Assembly (NCBI RefSeq): GCF_006345805.1
Contig: NC_043000.1
Location: 14,694,001-14,758,000 of the forward strand
Source of the DNA: Octopus sinensis
Lineage: Eukaryota
DNA length: 64,000 nt
Direction of reading: 5' to 3'
Position numbers and translations under genes: made by a program. Positions 62,451 through 64,000 of this stretch are shown here, piece after piece. The notes under the pieces were generated by a model that did not search any database, had not been told where the DNA came from, and saw nothing but the letters and a program-made list of their open reading frames with translations. Position 1 is the first letter of the stretch; the number at the start of each line of letters is the position of its first letter.

Positions 62451-64000
62451 ATCAAAATCATTTAACCCATGCTAGCATGGAAAGCAGACGTTAAACAATG
62501 ATGATGATGATGTATAAACACAAAGCTATTGCCAGCTGATAATGTGATTAATGAGTTTGTATGATTTGTGTTAGACTATTTAGTGAATGGCTCCATCATC
62601 ATCATCCAATCATTTTTGCATCTAGAATTAATGCTTGTTTGCTACAAGTCTTTGAGATCTGACCACATAACCTTCCTTCAATCTTAGGTTACATTTACCC
62701 CCCATGTACCAATATTTAATACAAGCTTCTTATCTTTTACTTGGCAACTGCATCTGTGTTGAGGAAACGATTAACAGTTCAGATTCCATGACATTTGAAA
62801 TATTTTATCTTGTCCATTCCATGACTTCTGCTGAATTCTTGACCTCAACCACTGGGATGGGCTGGGTTAAAACTTAAGAATCAGCTATATGATCAACCAA
62901 ATTTTCTTCTCTAACTTTACTACTTGTGTATGTATGTATTTATTTGTCTGTAGGTCTTGACCTGCTGACTGTTGTATGAGCACTAGTGTCTGGCATCTTA
63001 AAGCATGGGAGAGATGTGATTGTTTTGGCAATTATAGAAATGGATAGTACTTCTGATATTCTGCTTCAGTGTCTAGTATTTAAGTGCCTTTCAGAGAAAA
63101 TATGACAAGCATTTGGATCATGTTTCCTCCTATCCATGGATTTTTACAAACATTAACATTAGTCACATCAATCTTGGTAGTCTTGGAGAGATTATAAGCA
63201 CCTATCCTCTTCTTGTGGTTAAGTTATAAAAGAAAAACAATTAGAAGAGCTACAGAACACATCACTAAGTTATTAGCTTAAAGAAGGATTCTAGTTAAAG
63301 TTCACTCCATGTAACTAATTTAAGGATAGACATACTTTGTGCCTTTGGTGTTGGGAATTAATTCCCTCCACTGGAATGTTGTAATATTATTTGAGCAGGC
63401 TGAAGAGAAGATAATAAAGTGTTTGTGTATATAGCTTATATATATTTCCACAAGTTGTGTATGCTAATATGTGTATTGATGAGATATTAGACATTATAGA
63501 CAAGAGCAACCAACCAGACCCATTGGTAGCTGGTAGAATTATTGATTAAATCATGTATCTTCTCAAATGTAATGTATGAATTGTGTCTATTATTTTAAAT
63601 GTACTGTTTTATAAATCACCAGTCACTTTAGTGCCACCTTGTTCAGCATAGCAAGGTAGGTGTCCAGCCTTAATACAATTAGAAATGAAAATAACCCCAT
63701 GAACCTAAGTCAAAATGAAGAATGTGACAGAAATGGAGAAAACCCAGAGTAGTGGACATTATCGAAGTCCCAGCTTTGAATACATCGCATGCACACACAC
63801 AATACTAGAGAGTTTGTCGGGAAAAATTAGTTTCTACAGATGGAAGGTTTCATAGAATTTTCTCCATTATTAATTTTCTTTGCTTGTGTTTGCAGGTTAG
63901 AACTATCTTTTAGAAGCTACCTTGTATGTGTTTATTATTGTCCTAAAAATTAGAATATAGAATATGTAATTTCAACACTGCAGAGAATGATTTGATGGAA

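Noticed and set aside
63830-63920. Candidate exon 3 after ttctacAG (63839) or tttgcAG (63895)
   Set aside because: Phase-1 translations (DGRFHRIFSIINF.., or an immediate stop) do not resemble the expected FERM continuation. The acceptors at about 56399 and 62953 also hit stops.

Overview
This is AT-rich, repeat-dense eukaryotic genomic DNA. The SINE and microsatellite repertoire suggests an octopus (coleoid cephalopod) genome, which is an inference from recognition. Nearly all ORFs in the supplied track are spurious (microsatellite or SINE translations). The only host gene evidence is two small + strand exons, 42694-42848 (5'UTR plus ATG) and 55618-55708. They splice in frame across a 12.8 kb intron to give the start of a FERM F1 lobe, most like the Expanded/FRMD6 group; the rest of the gene lies beyond the window. 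Everything else is intron or upstream sequence filled with several tRNA-derived SINE families, two TTAA (piggyBac-type) MITE families, Tc1/mariner and hAT MITEs, three non-autonomous Helitrons, 5'-truncated RTE and CR1 LINE ends, a decayed Penelope-like element, a 37-bp minisatellite and microsatellites. The most notable unexplained pattern is a set of sequence-unrelated short insertions sharing one architecture: TSD, long fold-back hairpin, short unpaired tail, TSD. One of them carries a hammerhead-like core. Other leads are a tandemly repeated pseudoknot-like module in one SINE family, and uORFs plus an SV40-like NLS at the start of the FERM gene. Coordinates of old, decayed repeats are approximate.
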